Virus record (IMG/VR): IMGVR_UViG_3300025073_000054
Span: 1 to 61,672 of that record
Source of the DNA: a virus
Lineage: Duplodnaviria; Caudoviricetes
DNA: 61,672 bases
Strand: one strand, 5' to 3'
The notes beneath the pieces were generated by a model. The model did no database searches. It was not told the DNA's origin and was given only the letters and a program-made list of their open reading frames with translations. This document shows, piece after piece, positions 47,001 to 56,577 of the stretch. A program made the position numbers and the translations under genes. Position 1 is the stretch's first letter. Every line of letters begins with the position of its first letter.

Positions 47001-47047
47001 TCGTCACGAATGTATTGACTCCCGACCGAGCGGGCAATACAACTGTG
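47001..47047 (+). promoter_or_regulatory. Early promoter/operator (PL-like)
   Basis: TCGTCACGAATGTA-TTGACT-17-TACAACTGTG; same architecture as 45792-45840. Confidence 0.85.
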
Positions 47048-47087
47048 TTCCAGCGGAGCCGATGGAGGCGCCGCGAAGGAGCGCACG

Positions 47088-48418
47088 ATGTCCACCGCTT
47101 CCCTCGACGAGACCCTGACCCCCGGCTGCCGCGCCCTCGGCATCCACTCCCCCGCTCACCTCTCCATCGCGCTCCTCACGAGCCGCGCCCTCTCCTGCAC
47201 CGCCCGCAGCGTCGTCCGCGCGATGCACGACGCCCGCCGCCTGGGTGACGTCGCCGCGGCGAAGCGCGCCAGCGACGCGGCGGTTGCCGTGGCCGACGGG
47301 CTCATCGAGGTGGCGTCGTGAGCGCGGCCCTCTCCGTCGGCGACCGCACCGCCCAGGAATACGGCTACGCCGACGAGGCCGCGCTCGACGCCGCCATCGC
47401 CGCCGCCGAAGCCGCGAAGGCGAGCGACGCCCGCTTCGACGCGCTCGTGCGCCGCGACCTCGCCGACTCGTGCCGCGCCCTGCGGTGGCGCTGCGCGGCG
47501 ACCCTGTGCGCCACGGCGACCCCGAGCGAGTGGTTCGATATGTCGCTCGACATCGGCGTGATTGCCGTCGGAGAGCGGAACCGCGCCCGCCGCAACGTCG
47601 TCGAGCAGGCCGCGGGCGCGATGGCGCGCAGCCGCCCCGACCTCGCGGCGCAGCACCTCGCCGACTTCTGCGGGCTCGACGTCGAGGCATGGGCGGCGCG
47701 GGTGCTCGCGGAGACGTCGACCATCGAGGTGCAGTCGTGAACGGCCTCCGCGCCACCTACGACCGCGAGGCTGCGGCCGAGTGGGAGAACCTCCTTGAGA
47801 TGGCGCCGCGCCCCGGTCGCCGGGTGTCCCTCGCCGTCGTGCGCCGCCTCGGTCGGGCTGCGGGCATCGACGCCGCGAGCATCGCCCTGGTGGCCGCTGC
47901 GGTCGGAGCGGTGCAGTGATGCCCCGCCTCGACGCTGCCCGCCCCGTGCTCTCCGCCGCCGAGCTTCGGGCGCAGGCCCGCAGCTACGAGCGCAAGGCCC
48001 TCGACGCCTACGACGCGGGGCGCCTGGACGATGGCGACCGCTACACCCGCCGTGCGCTGCTGGCCCGCAAGGCGAGCGGCCCCGCGTCGCTGCGGGCGAT
48101 CGGGGTGCGGTCGTGACCCCCACGCATCGGCCACGCGCCGTGACGGCCCCGCCGTCGTCGGGCGTCCCCACGGTGCGCCAGCCCGGTCCGTGCCAGCAGC
48201 GGGCGCTGGTCGACGCGCTCCACCGCCGGGACGCTGCCACACGCGACGTGCTCGCGCTGGAGGCGACGCTCGATGGTGCCGCGAGGTGGCACGCACGCGC
48301 CACCTACGAGCGCGAGCGAGCGGCGCGCCTCGCGGCGACGTGCCGCGACTGCGGCAACGCGGCGCTCGCGGGTGAGCCGCGCTGCATGACCTGCGAGCTC
48401 GCGGCGGTCCAGGGGTGA
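47088..48418 (+). other. Early small hypothetical genes (47088-47321, 47318-47740, 47737-47919, 47919-48116, 48113-48418)
   Basis: AAGGAG RBS at the first gene; all translationally coupled. Confidence 0.6.
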
Positions 48419-48524
48419 CCGCCCCAGCGAACCCGCGGGACTGCGCTCGCTCCCCTCAGCGCACCCGGCCCGTGGAGTCACTTGGACGGTCAGCCGATGA
48501 CGCTTTGAACGAAGGGATTGCTCA

Positions 48525-50123
48525 ATGAACACGACTCCTCAGCAAACGAACCTCGCCCGTGTGACCGCTGCCACGTCTGGCGCGCTCGCTGTGACCGAGA
48601 ACCCCGCCAACACCGCGGCGCTTGTCGCGAGCCTTGTGCTCAATGGCGACATCAGCGGGCTCGACCCGTCGCAGAAGGCCGTCTACTACGTCCAGCGCTG
48701 CCGCCAACTCGGGCTCGACCCCGCGAGCAAGCCCTTTCAGGTGCTCAAGCTGAACGGGAAGGAGATCCTCTACACCGACAAGGGCGCGGCAGATCAGCTC
48801 GCGAAGCTGCACCACGTCACCCGGCGCATCACGGACGGCCCGCGCGTCCACAAGATCGGCTCGCGCGAGATGCTCTACTGCGTCTGCGAGGCTTCGACGC
48901 CCGATGGTCGCAGTGAGATGGACGTCGCGACGCTGCCCATTGGTGACCTCGACAACGCGCTGATGAAGCTGGTCACGAAGGCCAAGCGGCGCGCGACGCT
49001 CGCGATCCTCGGGCTCGGGTGCCTCGACGAAAGCGAACTCTCGACCATCCCCGACCGCGTGATCGGTGAGCGGGTCGACGTCGACCTCGCGCTGGCGGGC
49101 ATCGAGGAGCCCAAGCGCCTGAGCGCGGGTGTCACCCGTCGCGTCAACGTCCACCACGACGCGGGCGGCGAGAGCCTCGGGGAGCACAACCAGCGCATCG
49201 CCGACGCGGAGCGCGCCATCGCCAACGGCGAGGCTAGTGACGACGTGGATGACGAGTTCCCAGCGATCGACGCCACCAGCCTCGACGGCCTCGCGGCGTG
49301 GTACGCGGGCCTCGGGCTGCGCGCTGAGGACACCGAACGCGCCGACGCCGCAGTGGGCCTCGCGTGCGACTACGCGATCGAGCGGGGCTACCGCCTCGCG
49401 AGCCCCGAACTTCACAGCGTGCTCGCGGGTCGGCTGCACCCGACGCTGCGAGCGATCCACGACGCGCTCGCGAAGCAGCACACGCCCGCCGCGGTGGTCG
49501 CGGCCTATCAGGAGCACGCGGGCGCGGTCGACCAGATCGAGCGCGAGGACGGCCGCAAGGCGTGCGTCACCGTGGGCGCCCGCTACTTCGGCGAGCGCCA
49601 CTCCCCCGCGCTCTCGGCGCAGGCCCGCGGCCCCGCCTTCCGCGCCGCCCTCTCCCCGCAGCCACCGACGCCCACCGGCACCGATGCGCCCACCGCCAGC
49701 GCGCCCGCGTCGGCGGACGGCGGCAGCGTCGCCCCGTCGCAGAGCGCCGGCGCGCAGGCGAGCGCGAGCCCCCGCCTGGTGCTCGACCCCGAGGAGACGG
49801 AGGCGCGCTACCTCCGCGACGATGCCATCGGTGCCGAGGCGTGGGCCTCGCACCTGGCCGCGTGCGTCGGAGTCTTCGCGATGGCAGGCGCCCACACGAA
49901 GCGCGTCGAGGCGTTCCGCGCCGCGGGTGTGCTCGCCGCCCGCCGCGGAGCGACGCTCGACGCCATTGAGGCGCGCGAGGGGGCGGGCGCTGACCGTGCG
50001 CGGGAGTGCCTCGACGGCTACCGCACGCGGCAGGTGGTGCCGATCGGCACCAGCGTCCGCGCCCGCTCGCACCGCGAGCAGGTGGCCGCCAACGCCTCGC
50101 TCAAGACGGCGGTGGGCCAGTGA
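48525..50123 (+). CDS. RecT/Bet-like single-strand annealing protein with long C-terminal extension
   Basis: C.QLGLDP..KPF...LNGK..LY; MK..TKAKRRATL...GLG.LDESE. Confidence 0.75.
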   Translation: MNTTPQQTNLARVTAATSGALAVTENPANTAALVASLVLNGDISGLDPSQKAVYYVQRCRQLGLDPASKPFQVLKLNGKEILYTDKGAADQLAKLHHVTRRITDGPRVHKIGSREMLYCVCEASTPDGRSEMDVATLPIGDLDNALMKLVTKAKRRATLAILGLGCLDESELSTIPDRVIGERVDVDLALAGIEEPKRLSAGVTRRVNVHHDAGGESLGEHNQRIADAERAIANGEASDDVDDEFPAIDATSLDGLAAWYAGLGLRAEDTERADAAVGLACDYAIERGYRLASPELHSVLAGRLHPTLRAIHDALAKQHTPAAVVAAYQEHAGAVDQIEREDGRKACVTVGARYFGERHSPALSAQARGPAFRAALSPQPPTPTGTDAPTASAPASADGGSVAPSQSAGAQASASPRLVLDPEETEARYLRDDAIGAEAWASHLAACVGVFAMAGAHTKRVEAFRAAGVLAARRGATLDAIEAREGAGADRARECLDGYRTRQVVPIGTSVRARSHREQVAANASLKTAVGQ

Positions 50124-50731
50124 GCGCGCTCGACCGCGCCCTGACCCTCGCCCGCATCTCCCTCGCGTTCGGCCGCGTCGAGCGGGCCACGCTCCACGAG
50201 GACGGGGCGCGCGTCGAGACGGACACCGATCACACGGTCATGCTGGGCCTCGTCGCGTGCGAACTCGCCCCGGCGCACCTCGACAGGACGAAGGTCGCCG
50301 CGTTCGCTCTCGTCCACGACCTCGCGGAGGTCTACGCGGGCGACACCCAGACGCTCATCATCACCCCCGCGGGCATGGCCGAGAAGCGCGACCGCGAGGA
50401 CATCGCGAGAGCGCGCCTCGTCGGTGAACTTGGTGACGGGTCGTGGATCGCCGGGATGCTTGCGACCTACGAGCAGCAGCGCGAGCCCGAGGCGCGCTTC
50501 GTGCGGTTGATCGACAAGGTGCTCCCGAAGCTCACGCACGCCTTCAACCGCTGCGCGGCGGCAGAGCGTCTCACCGACCGGGCGGGCTTCGACGCGGCGC
50601 ATGCGCGGCAGTTCGCGAAGATGAGCGAGGAGTACCCCGAGTTCCCGGAGGCGCTCGACCTCCTGCGGGCGTCGATGCTGCACGCCGAAGCGCTGTGGCC
50701 CGAGGCGCAACGCACAGGCACCGACGGCTGA
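50120..50731 (+). CDS. HD-domain phosphohydrolase (YfbR/5'-deoxynucleotidase-like)
   Basis: ETDTDHT, ALVHDLAEVYAGD, EARFV..IDK. Confidence 0.88.
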   Translation: MSALDRALTLARISLAFGRVERATLHEDGARVETDTDHTVMLGLVACELAPAHLDRTKVAAFALVHDLAEVYAGDTQTLIITPAGMAEKRDREDIARARLVGELGDGSWIAGMLATYEQQREPEARFVRLIDKVLPKLTHAFNRCAAAERLTDRAGFDAAHARQFAKMSEEYPEFPEALDLLRASMLHAEALWPEAQRTGTDG

Positions 50732-50838
50732 CCAGCGACGGCGGGGCATCGGCCTCGCCCGCTCGCTCGACGCCCTCGCGGGGGCGCGGAGGGAGCGGAC
50801 GACGCTTCGGGCAACGGCAGCGGGAGAGGGAGACGACG

Positions 50839-51231
50839 ATGGCACTCAAGGTGTTCGAAGTGGAGATCACGGTCACCAAGACCGTGCGCGCGACGGGGAC
50901 GATCTACGTGCTCGCGGAGAGCGCGGCGCAGATCAACAAGCTGGATACGGAGGAGTTCGAGAACCACGCCGACCGCGAGGATGAGGACGTCGACGACGTT
51001 GACCTGATCGTCACCGAAGCGAAGAGCACACCGCCCCGCGATGCGTCGCTCATCGTTCGCGACGGCGAGCTCGACGATGCCGACGAGGACGACTACGAGG
51101 AAGCCGAGGGCGAGCAACCCATCATCGACGACCGCACCCTCCCGCTCGCGCTGCCCCGCGTGGTCGCTGGCAAGGTCGTGGTCGAGCGCGTCACTGCGGT
51201 CCCCTTCTACCCGTCGCGCGAGGTGCGCTGA
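50839..51231 (+). CDS. Acidic hypothetical protein
   Basis: GGAG RBS; D/E-rich. Confidence 0.65.
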   Translation: MALKVFEVEITVTKTVRATGTIYVLAESAAQINKLDTEEFENHADREDEDVDDVDLIVTEAKSTPPRDASLIVRDGELDDADEDDYEEAEGEQPIIDDRTLPLALPRVVAGKVVVERVTAVPFYPSREVR

Positions 51232-51452
51232 TGGACGGCAGCATGGCGACGGACGGAGCGCAGTACGCGGAGGGCGCGTTCTCGCAGGTGGTGTGCCGCG
51301 GGGGCGTGTGGTGGCACTGGCGGCGCATCCCTGTGCTCGGGGGGTTCGTCGAGGCGACGGGCCACGACCCGGTGCCGACGCGGCGCACGGTGGACATCGA
51401 CGCCACGCGGGCGCGCATCGCGAGCACGCTGCGACGGACGGTGTCGCAGTGA
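51231..51452 (+). CDS. Hypothetical protein
   Basis: TGATG-coupled. Confidence 0.5.
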   Translation: MDGSMATDGAQYAEGAFSQVVCRGGVWWHWRRIPVLGGFVEATGHDPVPTRRTVDIDATRARIASTLRRTVSQ

Positions 51453-52108
51453 GCGCCGCTGATGGCGCCCCGGCGCTGGCGGTCGAGAGCGAGGAGCCGG
51501 AGACGCGGCGGCACCTCCCGGTGGTGAAGGTGCCTCACTCGCGTCGTGGTCACACGGAGTCGATGCGGCGCTACAGCAAGCACGAGTCTGCGCGGCGGGC
51601 GGCGCAGTACCCGGAGCAACCGGGCATCGACTACCAGCGCCCTGCGACGCGCGCGGACTGCCTCCCGGGCGGCGCCAACGCGCAGCGTCCGTGCCCTTTC
51701 GTGTCGTGCGGTCACCACCTCGCGGTGGAGGTCAACGAGGGCAACGGCAACATCAAGATCAACTTTCCCGGGGCGGACCGCGACCCCGACTTCGACGCGA
51801 TGCCGCACACCTGCGCGCTCGACGTGGCCGACGAAGGGGGCACCGCATACGACTTCGACGGGGTGACCCTCGAAGCCCTCGGGGAAGTGCTCGGCATCAC
51901 GAGGCAGCGCTGTCAGCAGTTGGAGGATGCGGTGTTTGCGAAGCTGCGCGCGGTGCACCCCGAGGCGTTCGCGAGGATGCTGGACCTGATCGGCGTCGAG
52001 AGCCCCGACATGATCGCGGCCATCGCCTCGGAGCGAGCGCTCCGCGAGGTTGACCCTGTGATCGCGCTCCATGAGATGACCCTCACGTCGAGTGGTGGTG
52101 AGCGATGA
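51449..52108 (+). CDS. Cys/His Zn-binding plus sigma70 region-4-like HTH protein
   Basis: RP.TRADC...RPCPFVSC.HHL...TCALDVA; TLEALGEVLGITRQRCQQLE. Confidence 0.8.
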   Translation: MSAADGAPALAVESEEPETRRHLPVVKVPHSRRGHTESMRRYSKHESARRAAQYPEQPGIDYQRPATRADCLPGGANAQRPCPFVSCGHHLAVEVNEGNGNIKINFPGADRDPDFDAMPHTCALDVADEGGTAYDFDGVTLEALGEVLGITRQRCQQLEDAVFAKLRAVHPEAFARMLDLIGVESPDMIAAIASERALREVDPVIALHEMTLTSSGGER

Positions 52109-52299
52109 CCCCTCGCGCCAAGAGCCAACCGACGCACTACAAGGTGGTCTGCATCTCGCTCTACAACGACGACATCGCCCGCCTCGACGCGGCGGTGCGC
52201 GAACTCAAGCGCCGCGGCCACACGAAGGCCAGCCGCTCCTCAGTGCTGCGCGCCGCGATGCTGCAAGTGGACCTCGCGGAGGTGCCCCGTGGCGTCTGA
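52105..52299 (+). CDS. Ribbon-helix-helix protein
   Basis: YKVVCISLY..D..RLD..V.ELKRRG..KASRSSVLR. Confidence 0.75.
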   Translation: MTPRAKSQPTHYKVVCISLYNDDIARLDAAVRELKRRGHTKASRSSVLRAAMLQVDLAEVPRGV

Positions 52300-52398
52300 T
52301 CGTCGCATCGAAGATCCGCGCACGCGGCGCTGGTACGCCGTCGCCATCGTCGCAGGGCACCGCCGCTGGGTGGCGTGCGATCCCCCGGGCGGTGCGCT

Positions 52399-52860
52399 GT
52401 GAGGCCCGCGCTGGTGTCCCCTCGCGTCGAGGGCGTGCGCCTCGCTCCCTCGTGGGCTGCGGTGGAGCGCGTGCTGTGGCTCGCGGCGCTGGACCGCTGC
52501 CTCCGCTCGACGCCCGACGACACGGCCCGCGTGCGGATCGCCACGGCGTCGATGCGCGCGGCCATCGGGCGCGACGGGCCGCGGGCCTACGGGGAGTGCG
52601 TGCTCGACGACGCACGGGAACTGCGGTGGCTCCACGCCCTGCGCGACCACCTGCGCCCGCACGGCATCCAGGGGCTCGCGGTGCTGGTGTGGTGCGCGGT
52701 GCTCGTGTGGACGGACGCGGCGAGGGCGCCGTGGTCGCGGCTCGCTGACGCGGCGGAGAGGGTGGCGCGGGCGATGCCCGAGAGTGCGACGGGACGCGCG
52801 GCAGAGGAGCTGCGGGCTGTGATGGAGGCGGAGTGGAAGGCGATGGAGGGCGGACGATGA
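52399..52860 (+). CDS. Hypothetical protein
   Basis: Coupled to the ASCH gene. Confidence 0.5.
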   Translation: MRPALVSPRVEGVRLAPSWAAVERVLWLAALDRCLRSTPDDTARVRIATASMRAAIGRDGPRAYGECVLDDARELRWLHALRDHLRPHGIQGLAVLVWCAVLVWTDAARAPWSRLADAAERVARAMPESATGRAAEELRAVMEAEWKAMEGGR

Positions 52861-53567
52861 CGACGGAGAGGCCGATTCTGTTCAACGGCACGATGGTGCG
52901 CGCGATCCTCAGTGGAGCGAAGACCGTCACGCGGCGGCCCGTCGTGCCGATGGCAGGTAGGCAGCGCCAATGGCTGACGCCTACTCTGCTGACGCAGAGC
53001 CCGTGGCTGACGATGTGCCGCCTGAGCGAAGAGGACGGCGGTGACCTCGGCGCGCAGATGGAGCACCCGAAGGGCGGTCCGCTCGGATGGGTGCGCTGCC
53101 CGCTCGGCGCCCCCGGGGACCGCCTGTGGGTGCGGGAGACGTGGTGCCCCGGCGACTACTGGACGAGCGGCGTCGTGCACGATCCGCCCGAGGACATCCG
53201 CTACGCCGCGGACAACAGCGCGATCAGCTACGCCACGGGGAAGCCGCTGCATATCGACACCTCCGACTGGTCGGACCCGAAGCGGTGGCGCCCGTCCATC
53301 CATATGCCGCGGTGGGCCTCGCGGCTCTCGCTCGATGTGGTGAGCGTGGGCGTCGAGCGAGTGCACGACATCACCGAGGACGATGCGCGGCGCGAGGGCA
53401 TCGAGCCCGTCAACGGCGGCTGGGGACTCGCCGGGGAGTCGTGGTCGTGCGGGTCGGCGCGGGGCGCGTTCCAGACGCTGTGGGATCTCATCGGCGGTGA
53501 CGGGGCGTGGCGAGCGAACCCGTGGGTGTGGCGGGTGGAGTTCGCGCGGGTGGAGGGCGGACGATGA
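52857..53567 (+). CDS. ASCH/PUA-like phage protein
   Basis: ERPILF...MVRAIL.G.KT.TRR; PGDRLWVRETW; WRPSIHMPRWASR; NPWVW. Confidence 0.85.
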   Translation: MTTERPILFNGTMVRAILSGAKTVTRRPVVPMAGRQRQWLTPTLLTQSPWLTMCRLSEEDGGDLGAQMEHPKGGPLGWVRCPLGAPGDRLWVRETWCPGDYWTSGVVHDPPEDIRYAADNSAISYATGKPLHIDTSDWSDPKRWRPSIHMPRWASRLSLDVVSVGVERVHDITEDDARREGIEPVNGGWGLAGESWSCGSARGAFQTLWDLIGGDGAWRANPWVWRVEFARVEGGR

Positions 53568-54296
53568 CGACGCTAGGACTGACGCAGCACGACGTATTCG
53601 CGGCGACCGCCGAGGCTGAGAGGCACCGGCGCGAGGTCGATGCAGCCGTCGCCGCCGAGCGCGCCCGGTGCGCTGCGGTGTGCCGCGAGGTGGCGGAGAA
53701 CTACAGCATCGACGACGTGGCCTCCCGCGCCGCCGCTGCGCTGGAGTGCGCCGAGGCGATCGAGCGCGGGGCGGTGACGCCGTGACCACCCTCCTACTCC
53801 GCGCGCTCCTCGCCGCGCTCGACCCGCTGCACGCTGCCCACGTCGCCACGGAGCGCGCGGGCTGGCGGCGCACGTCGGCGGTGCTGCGGGTGCTCTGGGT
53901 GCGCGGCTCGACGCTCGCGGCGGACGTGGGCGGGTACGGAGGGGCGCCGTGGTGACCCCCCGCATCCTCGACGCCCTGCGCGACGCCGTCACCAGCGTGC
54001 TCGTCGCGCGAGGGGAGGCGGCGGATGGGCTCTACGTCGACCGCGACCAGTGGGGCGTGTCCATCGGTGTCACGGTCTGCGGCTGCGGCGTCGAGTGGAT
54101 CTACGAGACGTCCATGGACCGCGCCGAGGCGGTGGGCCTCGCGTGGGCTGCGGTCGTGCGGGAGCTACAGCACGAGGTCGACGCCGCAGCGCACGTCGCC
54201 GCCGCGACCCGTCGCCCCGAGCGCAAGGCCGCGGCGGTGGAGCGGCTGCGACGGGCACGCGCTGCGCTGGCTGCGGCGCGGGAGGCGGGGGAGTGA
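53564..54296 (+). other. Small coupled hypothetical genes (53564-53785, 53782-53955, 53952-54296)
   Basis: Overlapping start/stop codons. Confidence 0.5.
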
Positions 54297-54716
54297 GCGC
54301 CGCCCGCCAGCTCCCGGCGCGTGTGCTCCCGCTCACGCAATGGGTGTCCGTGGCCGACGTGATGGCCTCCCTGGGACTCCCGAAGCGCACGGCCTACGAC
54401 CATCTGCGCCGCGCCGCTGGACGCGCCCATGGTGCGCGCGGCACGCTCCGCGTCCCTGTCGCCGTCTGGGAGTCCTACGCCTTTACCGCCTTCGGAGGTG
54501 CCTCGTGTCGAGTCGAGTCTACAAGCGCGGCAAGTCGCCGTATTGGCAAGTCGAGTGGTACGACGTCAGCGGTCAACGACACCAGCGAAGCAGCCAATGC
54601 ACCGACCGGGCGGCGGCTCTCGCTCGTCTCCGGGAGTGGGAGCGATCGTCCGCCGATCCGGCCCGTGCAGCCGCGACGGAAGCGACGCTGCGAGACGCCC
54701 TCGACGCCCTGATTGA
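54293..54716 (+). CDS. Putative excisionase (winged HTH)
   Basis: VSVADVMASLGLPKRTAYD...LRVP; overlaps the int start. Confidence 0.6.
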
Positions 54717-55761
54717 CCTGCGCGCCGAGGAAGCGAAGGCGGGCCGCAAGAGCCATGCGACCGTCGCGTTCTACGTGAAGAAGGCCGGTCACCCGGTGCG
54801 GGTCTTCGGGACCGACGCGCGGATGTCCGATGTGACCGGCCGGTCCATCGACAAGTACATCGCGCGCCGTCGAGGAGAGGACGCCTCCGACTCGACGATC
54901 CACAAGGAGCTCGTGCTCCTGCGATCGGCCTGCGCGCTCGCGGCCCGTCGAGGGCTCTGGCCGCACGACGTCGGCCGCGTCTTCCCCCGCGGATTCTCCC
55001 CGGCCTACGTCCCCCGCACCCGGTGGCTACCGCCCGACGAGGTGAGCGCGCTCCTGCCGCATCTGCCGGTCGACCGGGCCGCCATCGTCGCCTGGATTCT
55101 CGCGACGGGCGCCGAGTGGGCTGCGGTCCAGGGGGCGATGGCGGAGGACCATGACCTGGTCGCGTGGGCGGTGCGGGTCCGCGGCACCAAGCGCTTGGCC
55201 CGCGACCGGGTGGTCCCGCTGTCCTTCGCGTGGCAGCGGGAGCTGGTCGCGTGGGCGCTCGAGCACGCCCGGTCGGCCGGCGCGCGGATGCACCGCCCCT
55301 GGGGCAACGTCCGCCGCGACCTCCACCGCGCGTGCGACCTCGCCCAGATCGACCCGTGCTCCCCGCACGACCTGCGGCGCACCTTCGCCCACTGGCTGCG
55401 GTCGGAGGGCGGCTCCCCCTCGACGGTCGGCGCGGCGCTCGGCCACCGGGACGGGCGCATGGCGGAGCGGGTGTACGCCAAGCTGGGGCCGGAGGAGCTG
55501 CGGTCCGCAGTGTCCCGGGAGTGTCACAACAGTGTCCGGGATTCTGCGAAACCGACCGCACCGCTCGCACTCCCTGCATTGCGAGATCGGCGGAAAAGAG
55601 CGGGAAACGCGGTGCCCAGAGACGGAGTCGAACCGCCGACACGGGGATTTTCAATCCCCTCTTCGGGCATCGTCATTCGCTTGCCAGCAAGCCCTTTCGT
55701 GAAGGCCGCAGCAGGCGACGTCACGACAGTGTCCGGTCCCCGCCTGCGCGTCGCCCGATGA
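54505..55761 (+). CDS. int: Tyrosine integrase
   Basis: YKRG..YW arm domain, RGTK, HDLRRT, LGH, ERVY; GGAGGT RBS; box I reads TGAE. Confidence 0.92.
   Translation: MSSRVYKRGKSPYWQVEWYDVSGQRHQRSSQCTDRAAALARLREWERSSADPARAAATEATLRDALDALIDLRAEEAKAGRKSHATVAFYVKKAGHPVRVFGTDARMSDVTGRSIDKYIARRRGEDASDSTIHKELVLLRSACALAARRGLWPHDVGRVFPRGFSPAYVPRTRWLPPDEVSALLPHLPVDRAAIVAWILATGAEWAAVQGAMAEDHDLVAWAVRVRGTKRLARDRVVPLSFAWQRELVAWALEHARSAGARMHRPWGNVRRDLHRACDLAQIDPCSPHDLRRTFAHWLRSEGGSPSTVGAALGHRDGRMAERVYAKLGPEELRSAVSRECHNSVRDSAKPTAPLALPALRDRRKRAGNAVPRDGVEPPTRGFSIPSSGIVIRLPASPFVKAAAGDVTTVSGPRLRVAR
55523..55736 (+). repeat. Putative Int arm-type sites flanking the attP core
   Basis: GTCACRACAGTGTCCGG at 55523-55539 and 55720-55736; extra CAGTGTCC at 55508. 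Confidence 0.7.
55611..55660 (-). other. attP core: 3' half of tRNA-Phe(GAA)
   Basis: Reverse complement AGGGGA-TTGAAAA-TCCCC-GTGTC-GGCGG-TTCGACT-CCGTC-TCTGGGCACC gives anticodon arm, T arm and acceptor strand. Confidence 0.9.
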
Positions 55762-55896
55762 CGCGCCGCAGCGGGTAGCCTGCGGTCGCATCCTGTAAGC
55801 CCCGCTTACAGGTCCACGTAAGCCAACGGCCGCCACGCGAAACCGCTGCGGCCGCAGGGGTTCGCGCGAAATCGACCGCGCACCCTGACGGAAGTA

Positions 55897-55925
55897 TTGA
55901 CCATCCGATATATCGGACGTAGGTA
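55897..55925 (+). promoter_or_regulatory. Promoter with palindromic operator in the spacer
   Basis: TTGACC-17-TAGGTA; TCCGATATATCGGA at 55904-55917. Confidence 0.7.
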
Positions 55926-55973
55926 TTGGAAGCCGGGAGCGAGGGAGCTACCGGCGCAGGAGCTACGACGACC

Positions 55974-56213
55974 ATGACGACCACCACGACCCGCTCTTTC
56001 CGCATCACCAACCGCTCGACGGGCGCTGACTTCGGCACCTACACCAGCGACGCCGCGGGCGACGTGGCACCACTGGAGGCGCTCGCGTCGATGCACCGCG
56101 ACGCCGGGTACGACGTCGCGATCGACGAGACGGGCACCGAGTTCGTGTTCGCGTCGGAGAGCGCCGCGCGCCTCTGCGGTGGTCTCGACGTCTGGCGCGT
56201 GCAGGAGGTCTGA
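55974..56213 (+). CDS. Hypothetical protein
   Basis: First gene after the promoter; F.I.N..TG.DFG.Y...AL..M.RDAGY. Confidence 0.65.
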   Translation: MTTTTTRSFRITNRSTGADFGTYTSDAAGDVAPLEALASMHRDAGYDVAIDETGTEFVFASESAARLCGGLDVWRVQEV

Positions 56214-56316
56214 CCCACGCCCCGCAGCGCCCACGGGCGCACGCCACCGCCCCGCACCCTCACGGGCCGGGGCTTGAGGCGTTGAGGGGCACGGACGCCC
56301 CGCAGGAGCACACGCC

Positions 56317-56577
56317 ATGCACACCATCACCGCCGCCAATCTCGCCGATGCCCTCACTCTCTGCCCTGCCGCCGATCAGGCGCGCGAGCTCGTCCCCGGC
56401 TGCATCACTTGGGGGATCACATACGCGGGCGGCCAGCGCGGCCAGATGACCGAGTGGCCCTCGGGCCGCGGCGCCATCGCCCTCGGCGCGGACAGCCAGT
56501 GGGGCGACTGGAATGGCGACGTGCTGACGACCGAGGACGGCGCCCGCTACGACCGCAGCGGCGTCGAGGCCGTCTGA
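56317..56577 (+). CDS. Hypothetical protein
   Basis: AGGAG RBS. Confidence 0.65.
   Translation: MHTITAANLADALTLCPAADQARELVPGCITWGITYAGGQRGQMTEWPSGRGAIALGADSQWGDWNGDVLTTEDGARYDRSGVEAV

Noticed and set aside
50120-50731. DatZ / Z-genome system
   Set aside because: HD hydrolase present but no PurZ, MazZ or DNA polymerase gene recognised.
55611-55690. Complete tRNA-Phe gene
   Set aside because: Only the anticodon arm, T arm and 3' acceptor strand are present; no D arm or matching 5' strand, so it is an attP core.
55792-55812. CCTGTAAGC-ccc-GCTTACAGG as an intrinsic terminator
   Set aside because: Inverted repeat is real but lacks a U tract; it may be a protein site near attP, but function cannot be supported.
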